From Caedibacter taeniospiralis (GTDB lineage: Bacteria; Pseudomonadota; Gammaproteobacteria; Francisellales; Francisellaceae), in NCBI RefSeq assembly GCF_002803295.2, contig NZ_PGGB02000007.1:9365-41364 (forward strand): a stretch of DNA of 32,000 bases, given 5' to 3'. The position numbers were made by a program, and so were the translations under genes. Below the pieces are notes generated by a model that was given only the letters and a program-made list of their open reading frames with translations, was not told the origin of the DNA and did no database searches. This document shows, piece by piece, positions 1-10,608 of this stretch. The first letter of the stretch is position 1. Each line of letters starts with the position of its first letter.

Positions 1-707
1 TTCAGATATCCAGGAACCCATTGCCTTTTCAAAATAGTTCCCAGCAGGAAACCCGCGATCAGTCCGCCAATTCCTCCCACAATAAACACCAGCAAGATAT
101 GTGTGATAATATTCCAAAGCGCATTGTATTGGGACGCAGTAATCGCCGTAAAAACAATCACTGCCAAAAGTGCACCAATTGGATCAACCAGCATCCCTTC
201 CCAGCGAATGACATTCGCAAGCTTTTCTGTTGGTCTTACACTGCGCAAAATCGGTACAACTACTGTGGGACCACTCACCGAAGAGATTGCACCAATAAGA
301 GCCGAGACCTGCCAGGAAATATTGAAAATAAAATGCACCAGAAGCGTAGTTAAAATCGCTGTGACCAGGAGTCCAATGGTTACAATATTTCTCACTGTTC
401 CGCCTAAGCCTTTAATTTCTTTAAACTTCAAGCTCATGCAGCCTTCAAACAGGATGACTGCCACGCAAATAGAAACAATCGGATAGAGTGTGTCTTTAAA
501 GAGGAAAGTTGGACGTAAAAATTGGTAATGCTCACCCAAAACAAGCTGGCTCACAGGACCCAATACAATTCCAACGACCAATAAAAACAGGATTGCTGGC
601 AATTTCATCCGCCATGCCAGCCATTGACAAATAAAGCCCAGCAATAAGATCACCATAAATACAACTGGGATATATGTGGTCGATGCGAAAAAATTATTTA
701 CTCCCAT
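1..707 (-). CDS. Cation:proton antiporter (Na+/H+ exchanger / KefB-like), N-terminal part, truncated by window edge
   Basis: Manual reverse-complement translation from ATG at 707: MGVNNFFASTTYIPVVFMVILLLGFICQWLAWRMKLPAILFLLVVGIVLGPVSQLVLGE...FKDTLYPIVSICVAVILFEGCMSLKFKEIKGLGGTVRNIVT; hydrophobic helices with the family-typical LPAILFLLVVGIVLGP and VILFEGCMSL segments. Absent from the ORF track because it has no stop inside the window. Confidence 0.75.
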   Translation of the reverse strand, partial: MGVNNFFASTTYIPVVFMVILLLGFICQWLAWRMKLPAILFLLVVGIVLGPVSQLVLGEHYQFLRPTFLFKDTLYPIVSICVAVILFEGCMSLKFKEIKGLGGTVRNIVTIGLLVTAILTTLLVHFIFNISWQVSALIGAISSVSGPTVVVPILRSVRPTEKLANVIRWEGMLVDPIGALLAVIVFTAITASQYNALWNIITHILLVFIVGGIGGLIAGFLLGTILKRQWVPGYL

Positions 708-774
708 CTAAGTGTTCAACCTCAAATTTAAACTAAGCGTCATTGTAACAAACCACCTCGTAAGCGAAAATGCT

Positions 775-877
775 GGCTTAGGCAAATAATTCGCCCAAGT
801 GTGCCAGTGTGAGTAATCAGTGTCACACTCACAGCGACAACTCACACTTAGTGATGGGCAGAAATGTAGTCATTGCC
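775..877 (+). repeat. Dispersed imperfect-palindromic element, copy A
   Basis: ggcttaggcaaataattcgcccaagtgtgccagtgtgagtaatcagtgtcacactcac...actcacacttagtgatgggcag..gtagtcattgcc; near-identical core in copies at 5041 and 31265; internal inverted arms AGTGTGAGT/ACTCACACT; flanked by aaaatg (767-772) and aaaatg (878-883). Confidence 0.85.
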
Positions 878-891
878 AAAATGGCACTGCC

Positions 892-1644
892 TTAATTCTC
901 TTGTCCATCAAGAATATCAAGAACCGCAGCATCACTATCAAAACCACCTTCTGGTACTTTCTTAGGTTTTACCTGTAAGGTTTTCTCCAGCTCATAATCA
1001 TAATTTTGCAAATACACATTACGTATGGCAACATACGGATCAATGGCACTATTCACCAATTTTTCATAGCCACCAAGATATTGAACGCCTTCATTCACCT
1101 TATAAATACCCCAAGCCCCCCAGATAACTGCTTCTGGAAGATGCCCAACATAATTCAATGGATTAAACACGCCATCTATCAAATCACCTGTTGCGGCAGA
1201 AAACGTATAGGGTCCCAAAATGGGCACAACAAAATAAGGCGAATAACGATAACCCCATTTTGCAAGCGTAAACCCAAAGTTTTGCGTTCTTCTGGGCAGT
1301 CCCATGTTTTTAGCCACATCAAACAAACCAAACACTCCAAAAACACTATTGGCTAGAAGTCTTGCGGTATCTCGCCAGAGATAGTCAAAATTCCACTGCA
1401 ATAAATCGTTGGCAACTCGCCCAGGTTCCAGAATGTTATTATAGGTGTTATTAACCCCTTGCTGCACCTGATCTGGCACCATATAATCGTAACCCTTAGC
1501 CACAGGGATAAGCGCATAATCATAAGTCACCTGATTAAATTTAAATATAACCCGATTGTACCCTTCCCACGGGTCTCTATCCTGCTGGGTTGCACAACCA
1601 CTTAGCAAAAACATTGCCCAAAAACCTATTGCCTTATATTTCAT
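892..1644 (-). CDS. mlaA: MlaA (VacJ) family phospholipid-binding lipoprotein
   Basis: Lipobox LLSGCA, followed by DPWEGYNRVIFKFNQ..D and the family-typical RRTQNFGFTLAKWGY, VVPILGPYTFS and NPLNYV segments; SD aggaggaaa upstream. Confidence 0.93.
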   Translation of the reverse strand: MKYKAIGFWAMFLLSGCATQQDRDPWEGYNRVIFKFNQVTYDYALIPVAKGYDYMVPDQVQQGVNNTYNNILEPGRVANDLLQWNFDYLWRDTARLLANSVFGVFGLFDVAKNMGLPRRTQNFGFTLAKWGYRYSPYFVVPILGPYTFSAATGDLIDGVFNPLNYVGHLPEAVIWGAWGIYKVNEGVQYLGGYEKLVNSAIDPYVAIRNVYLQNYDYELEKTLQVKPKKVPEGGFDSDAAVLDILDGQEN

Positions 1645-1752
1645 TTTTTACTGATTTTCCTCCTGTTGGCTGGCAGTATAACTTATTTTTCTATAAGACA
1701 TCACTCCATTCTAAAGCTTTTACACATAATGTCTGGGGGATAACACAGCTCA

Positions 1753-1840
1753 TAGGATGGATAAGCCGAAGGCGCATCTGCCAATACCCAACCTGTTTGC
1801 TTTCTCGCGTGGATGCGCCTTCGGCTTGACCACCCTACAC
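1753..1840. repeat. Intergenic inverted repeat with 15-bp perfect arms
   Basis: aagccgaaggcgcat (1763-1777) and atgcgccttcggctt (1813-1827) are exact reverse complements with a 35-nt loop; outer sequence ggatgga/ccaccctac extends the pairing imperfectly. Confidence 0.8.
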
Positions 1841-1982
1841 GAAGTGCGTCATTAAGTTGACGGTCTATTGTGCGTTGATTGACACATAAATCAGTAAATG
1901 CCTTTACTGTTTGTAACTGGCTATACAACCCACAAAATTACTTTTACAATCTGGTGTTTTAGCTTTAGGTGCTTTTACTTTA

Positions 1983-3503
1983 ATGACACAACAACACCCT
2001 CTCTCATCAACGATGAAATGGCTTATTACTGTCACGGTGATGCTTGCTGCAATGATCGAGATTATTGATACCACCATCGTCAATGTTGCCTTACAGGATA
2101 TGGCTGGCTCTCTTGGTGCAAGTACGGAAGAGATATCATGGGTAGTAACTTCTTACATCGTATCTGCTGCCATTTGCATGCCATTGACAGGTTTCTTTGT
2201 CCGCACCATGGGTCGACGACGCTTGCTACTCATTAACATTGTTGGGTTTTTAATTTTTTCAATGCTCTGTGGCTTAGCAAGCTCTTTGAACGAAATGGTT
2301 TTCTTTAGAATTATGCAGGGAATTTTTGGCTCCTCTTTAGTCCCTCTGTCTCAATATGTGCTAAGAGATACCTTTCCTCCTAACGAACAAGTAAAAGCCA
2401 TGGCTGTTTGGGGAGTAGGCATTATGGCAGCACCTGTACTTGGTCCAACACTGGGTGGCTACATTACTGATTGGATGAACTGGCGTTGGATCTTTTATAT
2501 CAATATCCCAGTCTGTATTATTGCAATCATTATGGTCATCATGTTTATTAGTGAAACCAATCGTGAAAGACTCAATATAGATTGGATTGGTTTGGGACTG
2601 ATGACATTAACTATTGCCACCTTACAAATTTTTCTTGATCGAGGTAACAATGACGGCTGGCTGTCTTCACAGTTTATTGTTGCCATGCTGATGTTTTGGG
2701 TGGTTACAGGTCTCATCTTTATTTTCCGTGGCTGGTTTAATCCTAAAAATATTCTTAATTTACATTTATTCAAAGATAGAAACTATGCAGCCTCTTGCGT
2801 TCTTCTGGTCTTTTACACCACAGGGATCTTTGGATTAATGACGGTTCAACCTCTTATTATGCAAGGGATTATGAATTACTCTGCGGCTTTATCTGGTGAG
2901 CTTATGATGCCTCGGGGTATCGCCGCAGCAATTGCAATGATGACGATCGCACCACTTGCTAAGCGGATTGATCTACGAATTATTATTTTCTTAGGCATCG
3001 TGATTACCGCCTATGGCAATTATCTTTACGCTCAAATCCCACTGATGAGCGACACCTGGAACTTAATGTATCCTGGGATTATTCAAGGCATTGGCATGGG
3101 TTTTTTCTTTGTTCCTGTTTCAACCATGGCACTGCAAACCTTAAAACCACATGATCTTGCTGAGGGTAGCGGAATGTTTAGCTTTTTTAGAAACTTAGGG
3201 ACCTCAGTAGGCACATCGGTGATGATTACGGTATTAACTCAACAAGCACAAGTCGCCTGGCACAGCATGATTAAATACATTAATCCCAGCAATCCAAACT
3301 ACCAACTCTGGTTACAACACATTAACTGGCAAGCTCAGGATCCCACAACACTTAGCGTAATCGCCCAAAGCATCAGCACACAAGCCAATATCATCGCTTT
3401 TGATGATGTCGCTTATTTGTCTTATTTGTTACTCACCCTTTCCATTCCATTTATCTTTATGCTTAAAAAACCCACAAGTACAGGGCTTAGCATGGATCAT
3501 TAA
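1983..3503 (+). CDS. DHA2-family (EmrB/QacA-like) MFS drug efflux transporter
   Basis: 506 aa; EIIDTTIVNVALQDMAGSLGASTEEISWVVTSYIVSAAICMPLTGFF, GRRR loop, WRWIFYINIP motif and many hydrophobic helices. Confidence 0.93.
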   Translation: MTQQHPLSSTMKWLITVTVMLAAMIEIIDTTIVNVALQDMAGSLGASTEEISWVVTSYIVSAAICMPLTGFFVRTMGRRRLLLINIVGFLIFSMLCGLASSLNEMVFFRIMQGIFGSSLVPLSQYVLRDTFPPNEQVKAMAVWGVGIMAAPVLGPTLGGYITDWMNWRWIFYINIPVCIIAIIMVIMFISETNRERLNIDWIGLGLMTLTIATLQIFLDRGNNDGWLSSQFIVAMLMFWVVTGLIFIFRGWFNPKNILNLHLFKDRNYAASCVLLVFYTTGIFGLMTVQPLIMQGIMNYSAALSGELMMPRGIAAAIAMMTIAPLAKRIDLRIIIFLGIVITAYGNYLYAQIPLMSDTWNLMYPGIIQGIGMGFFFVPVSTMALQTLKPHDLAEGSGMFSFFRNLGTSVGTSVMITVLTQQAQVAWHSMIKYINPSNPNYQLWLQHINWQAQDPTTLSVIAQSISTQANIIAFDDVAYLSYLLLTLSIPFIFMLKKPTSTGLSMDH

Positions 3504-3552
3504 ATCAGTGTCACCTACGCTAAGACACTACCCCGTCGACCTGCGGTCGCCA

Positions 3553-3572
3553 CCCCTTCGCTTGCGAAGGGG
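3553..3572. repeat. Short perfect hairpin ccccttcgcttgcgaagggg (possible terminator or intergenic repeat fragment)
   Basis: 9-bp perfect arms CCCCTTCGC/GCGAAGGGG about 50 nt after the MFS stop codon; no following T tract. Confidence 0.5.
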
Positions 3573-3670
3573 AATTAAATCCATGTTTTTGCCAGAGATT
3601 TTAATTGTTTCAGTCAGCTGCTTCCGCTTACAATAAAGCCACTGATTGAGATCTAACTGATGAAGTTAAT

Positions 3671-6487
3671 ATGCAGTTTGATGAATTTTGCCAAAGCTTT
3701 GAGTTGACACACTTAGATATAAAAGTTTCAGCAAAATTATTGAATACTTTTAACACCAGCTGCTTTTTTGCTCGTTTTATCCAACAACATCCCCAGCTTC
3801 TCAAGCATACCGATTGGTTTCTCATTGATGACATCAGTGTTTTGCAACAAGAAATTAAAGCTCTTTTTGCACAGAGCAAAAGTTATGATGAGCTTGCAAA
3901 GACTTTACGCAACTATCGCCAACAAGTGCATGCCAAACTTGTGTTCCAACAGCATCATAAGATTGCCAACTTTGAGACTATTGCCGAGACTATTTCTGCT
4001 ATAGCAAAGCATATTTTATTTTACGCACAACAATATTTATTAAAAAAACTAAGTGAAACTAAAACCCTCCATAAACTCCCGCAAGATCTCGGTATCATCA
4101 CCATGGGAAAGCTCGGTGGAAATGAGCTTAACTTCTCTTCTGATATTGACCTTGTGTTCATCCAGGTAAATAACGACCCATTGACAGACCACCTTGGTAA
4201 AACCTATAGCGCCATGCGTTTTTATACTGAGCTTGGTCAAAAGCTTATTGCCTTACTTAATGAAACGACAATCGATGGATTTGTTTATCGAGTTGATATG
4301 CGTTTGCGTCCCTTTGGTGAGGGCGCACCTTTAGTCATCGATATAGAAAGCTTTAAACATTATCTTATGAATCATGCGCGAGCTTGGGAGCGCTATGCTT
4401 ATATTAAAGGCGACATTTTACATCCATCTCATCAGGTTAAAGAGATATTAGATCACATGATCAAGCAGTTTGTTTATCGCCATTACCATGACTATCGCAT
4501 GCTGAATGCTATTCGTGAGATGAAACAAAAAATCTTATCCGAAATGAAACAGGTAAACTTAACAGACAACATAAAATTAGGTCGTGGTGGCATTCGTGAA
4601 ATCGAGTTTATCTGTCAATGCTATCAGTTGATTTATGGCGGTCAAAATATCACTTTGCAACATCGTAAGCTAAAACAAGCACTGCGTTCATTAACCCATG
4701 CTGAGGTTATTTCTGTCGATACTCAAAAATATCTCTATCAGCACTATGTTTTTTTGCGCAACGTTGAAAATGCCCTGCAAATGTTTGATGATCAACAAAC
4801 GCATCAGCTGCCAAGCAGCAAGCACACACAGAACGCCATCGCCTGCTTATGCGGTTTTGATGACTGGCAAATGCTTATCACACAAATCACCCAGACAAGG
4901 GAAAAAGTGGCAGGGCTTTTTGACAAACTCACCCGCTTTAACCTCCATAACGTTGAGCAAATGCAAGACTCAGCAATCTCTGCCACCTTGATGACGGACA
5001 ACACTCTCCCCGCCTGCGCTTATAATCATACGGAAATTAAGGCTTGTACAAATAATTCGCCCAAGCGTATCGGTGTGAGTAATCAGTGTCACACTCACAC
5101 TCACACTCACAACTCACACTTAGCAATTGGCGGAAATATAGTCACTGCCGAAATTAACAACTTCTTTGCTGAACATATCCTTGCTCAAGAAGTTCTACCC
5201 GCTATTGAAGACTTAATTAACCTGTGTGTAGAGCGCTATCCACAGCTTTTAACCAATCTACTAAAGCTGCTGCATAACTTGAGCAAACGACAAACTTATT
5301 TATTTTTGTTCCTTGAATATCGCTCACATCATCTGGATTTTTTGACCTTACTCAATCAAGGCGCACGAATCGTAGAAATACTAACGGAACACCCGTTTTT
5401 ACTTGAGCGCGCATTCATATACAAACACCATGACGAAGTCTATATCGATATTGCTTATCTTCGCAGCAAACTGTACAGACACCTCCAAGCTATTAACCTT
5501 GAGGATGTCGAGGCTTTCTTAGAATGTTTGCGTCGATTTAAGCTTGAACAGATATTTAACATTATCGTCAGTGAATCACAAGGGCACATATCCTTAATGG
5601 AAGCCAGTGATTTATTCAGTCATCTGGCAACCGTTTTAATTGAAATTGCCCTTGATGGAGCATGGCGTGAGATTTTTCGATATGTCGATATAACATCCGA
5701 TCTACAGCAAGCTTATCGAGACTCTCTAGCGGTCATTGCCTATGGCAAACTTGGCGGGCTTGAGCTCAGTGTTGCCTCTGACTTGGATCTGGTGTTTATT
5801 CATGATAAAACCCATACGGAATTATCCTCACGCTTTTTTGTGCGCGCTGTGCAAAAATTTGTCCATTTTATGCAAATTAAAACCTATCACGGCGCCCTGT
5901 ACGATATTGATTTACGCCTGCGTCCTGAGGGAGATAATGGTTTTATTGCCCCAGGTTTTGATCGCTATGAGGAATATCTTTATCACTCTGCCTGGACTTG
6001 GGAGCACCAGGCATTAACACGCGCACGCTTCATTTGTGGAGCCTCCCGTATTCAACAGAAATTTGATCAACTGCGTACTCAAGTTTTGTGTCAATCTCGT
6101 GCGCTTCCCGCGCTCAAAAAAGATATTCGTGAGATGCGCCAAAAAATGCGCACTCATCTACTTAAAGCTCCTTCGCATCTATTTGATTTAAAACAAAGCC
6201 CAGGTGCTATGGTGGATATTGAGTTTATTGCCCAGTTTTTTGCGCTTTATTATAGCCATAAAGTTCCTGCAATAGGTTACTACAGCGACAGTATTCGCAT
6301 TATCCAAACCATCGAATCTGCACAGTTACTTGATACTAAAACGGCAAACGTGCTGATTGATAACTATTGCTATTACCGTGATTTAGGGTTTAAATGCTAC
6401 CTTCGCAAACAAGAAGCCGTTGTTCCCTTAGATACTTGTAAACAGAGAATGTTAGAAGTACAGGAAATATGGAGCAATCTATTTTAG
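3671..6487 (+). CDS. glnE: Bifunctional glutamine synthetase adenylyltransferase / adenylyl-removing enzyme, carrying a 39-codon in-frame insertion
   Basis: Duplicated nucleotidyltransferase signatures LGIITMGKLGGNELNFSSDIDLVFI and LAVIAYGKLGGLELSVASDLDLVFIHD; full length 938 aa. Confidence 0.95.
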   Translation: MQFDEFCQSFELTHLDIKVSAKLLNTFNTSCFFARFIQQHPQLLKHTDWFLIDDISVLQQEIKALFAQSKSYDELAKTLRNYRQQVHAKLVFQQHHKIANFETIAETISAIAKHILFYAQQYLLKKLSETKTLHKLPQDLGIITMGKLGGNELNFSSDIDLVFIQVNNDPLTDHLGKTYSAMRFYTELGQKLIALLNETTIDGFVYRVDMRLRPFGEGAPLVIDIESFKHYLMNHARAWERYAYIKGDILHPSHQVKEILDHMIKQFVYRHYHDYRMLNAIREMKQKILSEMKQVNLTDNIKLGRGGIREIEFICQCYQLIYGGQNITLQHRKLKQALRSLTHAEVISVDTQKYLYQHYVFLRNVENALQMFDDQQTHQLPSSKHTQNAIACLCGFDDWQMLITQITQTREKVAGLFDKLTRFNLHNVEQMQDSAISATLMTDNTLPACAYNHTEIKACTNNSPKRIGVSNQCHTHTHTHNSHLAIGGNIVTAEINNFFAEHILAQEVLPAIEDLINLCVERYPQLLTNLLKLLHNLSKRQTYLFLFLEYRSHHLDFLTLLNQGARIVEILTEHPFLLERAFIYKHHDEVYIDIAYLRSKLYRHLQAINLEDVEAFLECLRRFKLEQIFNIIVSESQGHISLMEASDLFSHLATVLIEIALDGAWREIFRYVDITSDLQQAYRDSLAVIAYGKLGGLELSVASDLDLVFIHDKTHTELSSRFFVRAVQKFVHFMQIKTYHGALYDIDLRLRPEGDNGFIAPGFDRYEEYLYHSAWTWEHQALTRARFICGASRIQQKFDQLRTQVLCQSRALPALKKDIREMRQKMRTHLLKAPSHLFDLKQSPGAMVDIEFIAQFFALYYSHKVPAIGYYSDSIRIIQTIESAQLLDTKTANVLIDNYCYYRDLGFKCYLRKQEAVVPLDTCKQRMLEVQEIWSNLF
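5041..5149 (+). repeat. Dispersed imperfect-palindromic element, copy B, inserted in frame in glnE
   Basis: ggcttgtacaaataattcgcccaagcgtatcggtgtgagtaatcagtgtcacactcac(actcac)n aactcacacttagc..ggcggaaatatagtcactgcc; flanked by gaaattaa at 5033-5040 and 5150-5157. The offset between these is 117 nt = 39 codons. Confidence 0.88.
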
Positions 6488-6530
6488 CGTAAGTTCAAAG
6501 CAAGTATTTTCAAGTGGTTCCAGGTCTTTA

Positions 6531-6586
6531 CTTCTCCCTTGATGGGAGAAGTCGCCAAAACGTGTTTTGGCGGATGAGGGAGAATT
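6531..6586. repeat. Tandem hairpins in glnE-purL intergenic region
   Basis: cttctcccttgatgggagaag (8-bp arms, 6531-6551) immediately followed by cgccaaaacgtgttttggcg (9-bp perfect arms, 6553-6572) and gatgagggagaa, which can also pair with the first arm. Confidence 0.65.
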
Positions 6587-6668
6587 TTTTACCTCAAAAA
6601 TAAACTCGCATTTTACCCTTTATAAATCCATTTAAATCTATCAGAATATTGACATTCAAACCTTCTGT

Positions 6669-9600
6669 ATGAGTAGAAAGATGTTACAAATTTTTGGCAA
6701 TAACGCACTATCTTCGTTTGATCAACAAAGAATATTATCTAAATTGCAAGGCATCATCCCTGGTATTGAACAGGTTCAGGCGGAATATATTCACTTTATT
6801 GAGTCTAAAGAGACACTCACAGAAGATGCCATGGGCAAACTCAAGGCACTTTTAACTTACGGTGACAAGGGTGTACTGACCGAGAAAACAGGACAGGCAA
6901 TTATTGTCACACCGCGCTTAGGAACGATTTCACCCTGGTCATCGAAAGCTACCGATATCGCGCATAACTGTGGACTTAAAGAGATTATACGTATCGAGCG
7001 TGGCATCGTTTATTACCTCCAAAGCAAACACTCTTTGGAGCAGAATACTTTAACGCAACTTACGGCAACGTTGCACGATCGCATGATGCAAAGCGTTACC
7101 TTTTCTCTGGCTGAAACCAATCCCTTCACAAACACACATGCAGAAGGAAAACTACGCATTGTTCCCTTGTTAGCCCAAGGGCGCATAGCCTTAGAGAAAA
7201 TCAATGATGAGCTTGGTCTTGCTTTATCCAACGATGAAATTGATTATTTGCAGACTGGATTTCTTGAGCTTAATCGCGATCCCACCGATGTTGAACTGAT
7301 GATGTTTGCACAAGCTAATTCTGAACATTGTCGCCATAAAATCTTTAGAGCCGATTGGATTATCGATGCTCAAGCACAGACACACGGATTGTTTGCAATG
7401 ATTAAAAATACCTATGAACACCATAAAGAAAATATCCTGTCCGCCTATCATGACAATGCTGCGGTTATTGCAGGTTATGCCGCTGAGCGTTTGCAGCGCC
7501 ATAAAGATGGACTCTATCACTTTAAGCGTGAGCCTATTCATATTCAAATCAAAGTGGAAACACATAATCACCCCACGGCGATTGCACCATACCCAGGGGC
7601 AGCAACGGGAGCAGGAGGCGAGATCCGTGATGAGGGCGCTACTGGACTTGGCGCTAAGCCAAAGGCTGGACTCACAGGCTACACCGTATCAAACTTAAAC
7701 ATTCCTGATGATATACAAGCCTGGGAACTCCCTTATGGCAAACCTGATCGCATTCGTTCAGCGCTTGATATTATGATTGAAGCACCTTTGGGAGGAGCTG
7801 CTTTCAACAACGAATTTGGGCGCCCCAATTTGTGCGGCTATTTCCGCACGTTTGAGCGATACTATAACGGCGAAGTTTGGGGCTACCATAAACCTATTAT
7901 GATTGCTGGAGGTTATGGCAATATCAAAGAAGAACATATTGAAAAACGTAAAATTCCCGCGGGTGCCAAAATTATTGTCCTGGGCGGACCAGGCATGTTA
8001 ATTGGCTTAGGTGGCGGAGCTGCTTCTTCCGTGAATGCAGGGGACTTACACGAAACACTTGATTTTGCCTCAGTTCAACGCGATAACGCTGAGATCGAGC
8101 GTCGCGCACAAGAAGTCATCGATAGTTGCTGGTCAATGGGACTGGATAACCCGATCATCAGCATTCACGATGTGGGTGCTGGTGGTTTATCCAATGCGCT
8201 ACCCGAGCTTGTTGTTGATTGTGAGCGCGGTGCCATTTTTGATCTTAACAAAATTGGAGTTGCCGAAAAAGGCTTATCCCCTTTAGAAATATGGTGTAAT
8301 GAATCTCAAGAGCGTTATGTTCTCGCTATTTCAGCGGATGATTTGGCTACGTTTGACCAGATTGCTCGGCGTGAGCGTTGCCCATACAGCATCGTTGGTG
8401 AAGCAACCACAGAACAGATGCTTATTCTTAAAGATTCAAACTCCACCGTTGATCTAATCCATATGCCTTTATCTTTGTTACTGGGCAAGGCGCCTAAAAC
8501 AGTAAAAAATGTCACAACAACCGCCCATGCTTATAGCAATTGGGACTACAGTAAAATCAATTTGACTGATGCAGCAAAACGCATCTTGCGTTTACCTGCT
8601 GTTGGCAGTAAGAAGTTTTTAATTACCATAGGCGATCGCAGCGTTGGTGGGATGACCCAACGCGATCAGATGGTGGGACCATGGCAAATTCCTGTGGCTG
8701 ATGTTGCCGTAACAGCATCAAGCTTTACCGACTATCACGGCGAAGCCATGGCAATGGGCGAGCGCCCAATTTTGGCGATGATGAACCCTCAAGCCGCTGC
8801 AAGAATCACTATAGGTGAAGCGATTACCAATATTGCCGCGGCCTATATCTACCATTTATCTGATGTTAAGCTTTCAGCCAACTGGATGGCAGCCTCTTCA
8901 CATCCAGGCGAGGATGCAAGACTTTATGAAATGGTTAAAACGGCTGGGTTGGAATTTTGTCCAGCACTGGATCTCACCATCCCTGTTGGTAAAGATTCCT
9001 TATCGATGAAAACCACATGGCGTGACGAAGACGGCGAAAAGGCGGTTACCTCTCCTGTCTCTTTAATTGTCACGGCCTTCGCCCCTGTGCAGGATATTCG
9101 TCGTACACTGACCCCACAATTGCGTCTGGCATTTGAAACTGATCTTATTTTCATTGATCTTGGTTTAGGCAAAAACCGTTTAGGTGGCTCTTCATTTGCT
9201 CAAGTTTATAACGAGTTTGGCAATGAAACACCAGATATTGAACCCGTACTATTGCAGAGCTTCTTTGCCGCCATTCACAAACTGGTTAAAGAAGATAAAA
9301 TTTTAGCCTATCACGATCGCTCCGATGGTGGTCTATTTACCACCCTGTGTGAAATGATGTTTGCGGCAAAATGCGGACTTGACGTCGATATCGATGCCTT
9401 GGGTGACGATCCTCATGCTGTGCTTTTTAACGAAGAGCTGGGGGCTGTGATTCAAGTAAGAAATACCGATTGCGACATCGTGATGCAGATGCTTGCAAGC
9501 TTTCAACTCAAAGCACATCACATTGGTAGACCCAATGCTTCAACAGCCGATGCCAAATTGATCATCAGCCAGGATATTGATGAGCTATTTTCCATGACGC

Positions 9601-10568
9601 GCGCCGAACTGCAGACACTTTGGTCACAAACCTCCTATCAAATCCAGAGAATGCGTGATAATGCGAGGTGTGCCGATGAGGAACATGAGCTGATCAATCG
9701 GCTTAATGATCACGGTTTATTTGCCCAGGTTGCATATGACTGCAAAGAAAATATTGCAGCAGCTTACCTTAATTTTGGTATTAAACCCAAAGTTGCTATT
9801 TTGCGCGAACAAGGGGTCAACAGCAATAACGAAATGGCAGCTGCGTTTACCCTAAGCGGTTTTGATGCCATTGATGTACATATGACTGATTTACAAAACA
9901 ATCGTATTAACCTGAACGATTTCAAGGGCCTTGCTGCCTGTGGCGGATTTTCTTATGGTGACGTACTTGGTGCGGGAGGCGGCTGGGCAAAATCGATTTT
10001 ATTTAATCCTAAGCTTTTAGATCAATTTGCTGCATTTTTTGCTCGTCCTGATACCTTCAGTGTTGGTATGTGTAATGGCTGTCAGATGTTATCGCAATTA
10101 AAAGACATTATTCCAGGGGCAACACACTGGCCTCGCTTTGTCAGAAACCTCTCTGAGCAATTTGAAGGACGCTTATCAATGGTCGAAGTGCTTAAAAGCC
10201 CTTCAATTGTCTTTGCAGGCATGGATGGCTTAAAAATGCCCATCGTTGTTTCACATGCTGAGGGGCGAACGCAGTATCGCGATGCCAATGACTTAAACAC
10301 TTTAATTGCCAATAAGCAAACCGTGATGCGTTTTATCGACAGCCACAGCAATCCCACCGAGTATTATCCACTTAATCCTAATGGCTCTAAAGACGGTTTC
10401 ACGAGTTTCACCTCTACTGACGGGCGCGCCACAATCATGATGCCACATCCTGAACGTGTCTTTAGATTAGTACAAATGTCATGGTATCCTGCGGACTGGA
10501 AAAATAAAGATATCGAATACTCACCATGGATGCGTTTATTTATGAATGCACGCAAGTGGGTTGGGTAA
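6669..10568 (+). CDS. purL: Phosphoribosylformylglycinamidine synthase (single-chain large form)
   Basis: 1299 aa; [67 protein letters not shown] and C-terminal glutamine amidotransferase segment [21 protein letters not shown]. Confidence 0.98.
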   Translation: MSRKMLQIFGNNALSSFDQQRILSKLQGIIPGIEQVQAEYIHFIESKETLTEDAMGKLKALLTYGDKGVLTEKTGQAIIVTPRLGTISPWSSKATDIAHNCGLKEIIRIERGIVYYLQSKHSLEQNTLTQLTATLHDRMMQSVTFSLAETNPFTNTHAEGKLRIVPLLAQGRIALEKINDELGLALSNDEIDYLQTGFLELNRDPTDVELMMFAQANSEHCRHKIFRADWIIDAQAQTHGLFAMIKNTYEHHKENILSAYHDNAAVIAGYAAERLQRHKDGLYHFKREPIHIQIKVETHNHPTAIAPYPGAATGAGGEIRDEGATGLGAKPKAGLTGYTVSNLNIPDDIQAWELPYGKPDRIRSALDIMIEAPLGGAAFNNEFGRPNLCGYFRTFERYYNGEVWGYHKPIMIAGGYGNIKEEHIEKRKIPAGAKIIVLGGPGMLIGLGGGAASSVNAGDLHETLDFASVQRDNAEIERRAQEVIDSCWSMGLDNPIISIHDVGAGGLSNALPELVVDCERGAIFDLNKIGVAEKGLSPLEIWCNESQERYVLAISADDLATFDQIARRERCPYSIVGEATTEQMLILKDSNSTVDLIHMPLSLLLGKAPKTVKNVTTTAHAYSNWDYSKINLTDAAKRILRLPAVGSKKFLITIGDRSVGGMTQRDQMVGPWQIPVADVAVTASSFTDYHGEAMAMGERPILAMMNPQAAARITIGEAITNIAAAYIYHLSDVKLSANWMAASSHPGEDARLYEMVKTAGLEFCPALDLTIPVGKDSLSMKTTWRDEDGEKAVTSPVSLIVTAFAPVQDIRRTLTPQLRLAFETDLIFIDLGLGKNRLGGSSFAQVYNEFGNETPDIEPVLLQSFFAAIHKLVKEDKILAYHDRSDGGLFTTLCEMMFAAKCGLDVDIDALGDDPHAVLFNEELGAVIQVRNTDCDIVMQMLASFQLKAHHIGRPNASTADAKLIISQDIDELFSMTRAELQTLWSQTSYQIQRMRDNARCADEEHELINRLNDHGLFAQVAYDCKENIAAAYLNFGIKPKVAILREQGVNSNNEMAAAFTLSGFDAIDVHMTDLQNNRINLNDFKGLAACGGFSYGDVLGAGGGWAKSILFNPKLLDQFAAFFARPDTFSVGMCNGCQMLSQLKDIIPGATHWPRFVRNLSEQFEGRLSMVEVLKSPSIVFAGMDGLKMPIVVSHAEGRTQYRDANDLNTLIANKQTVMRFIDSHSNPTEYYPLNPNGSKDGFTSFTSTDGRATIMMPHPERVFRLVQMSWYPADWKNKDIEYSPWMRLFMNARKWVG

Positions 10569-10608
10569 CAGATATTTAACGCCCCATGTTGCTAATAAGT
10601 ACTCAATC

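Noticed and set aside
21-486. Plus-strand ORFs of 110 and 127 aa at the left edge
   Set aside because: Their sequences show no family features, and the minus strand is a continuous antiporter N terminus, so they are antisense shadows.
5080-5130. Short CACTCA-type tandem as a possible CRISPR-like or VNTR array
   Set aside because: It is a simple hexanucleotide microsatellite inside the dispersed element, with no spacers.
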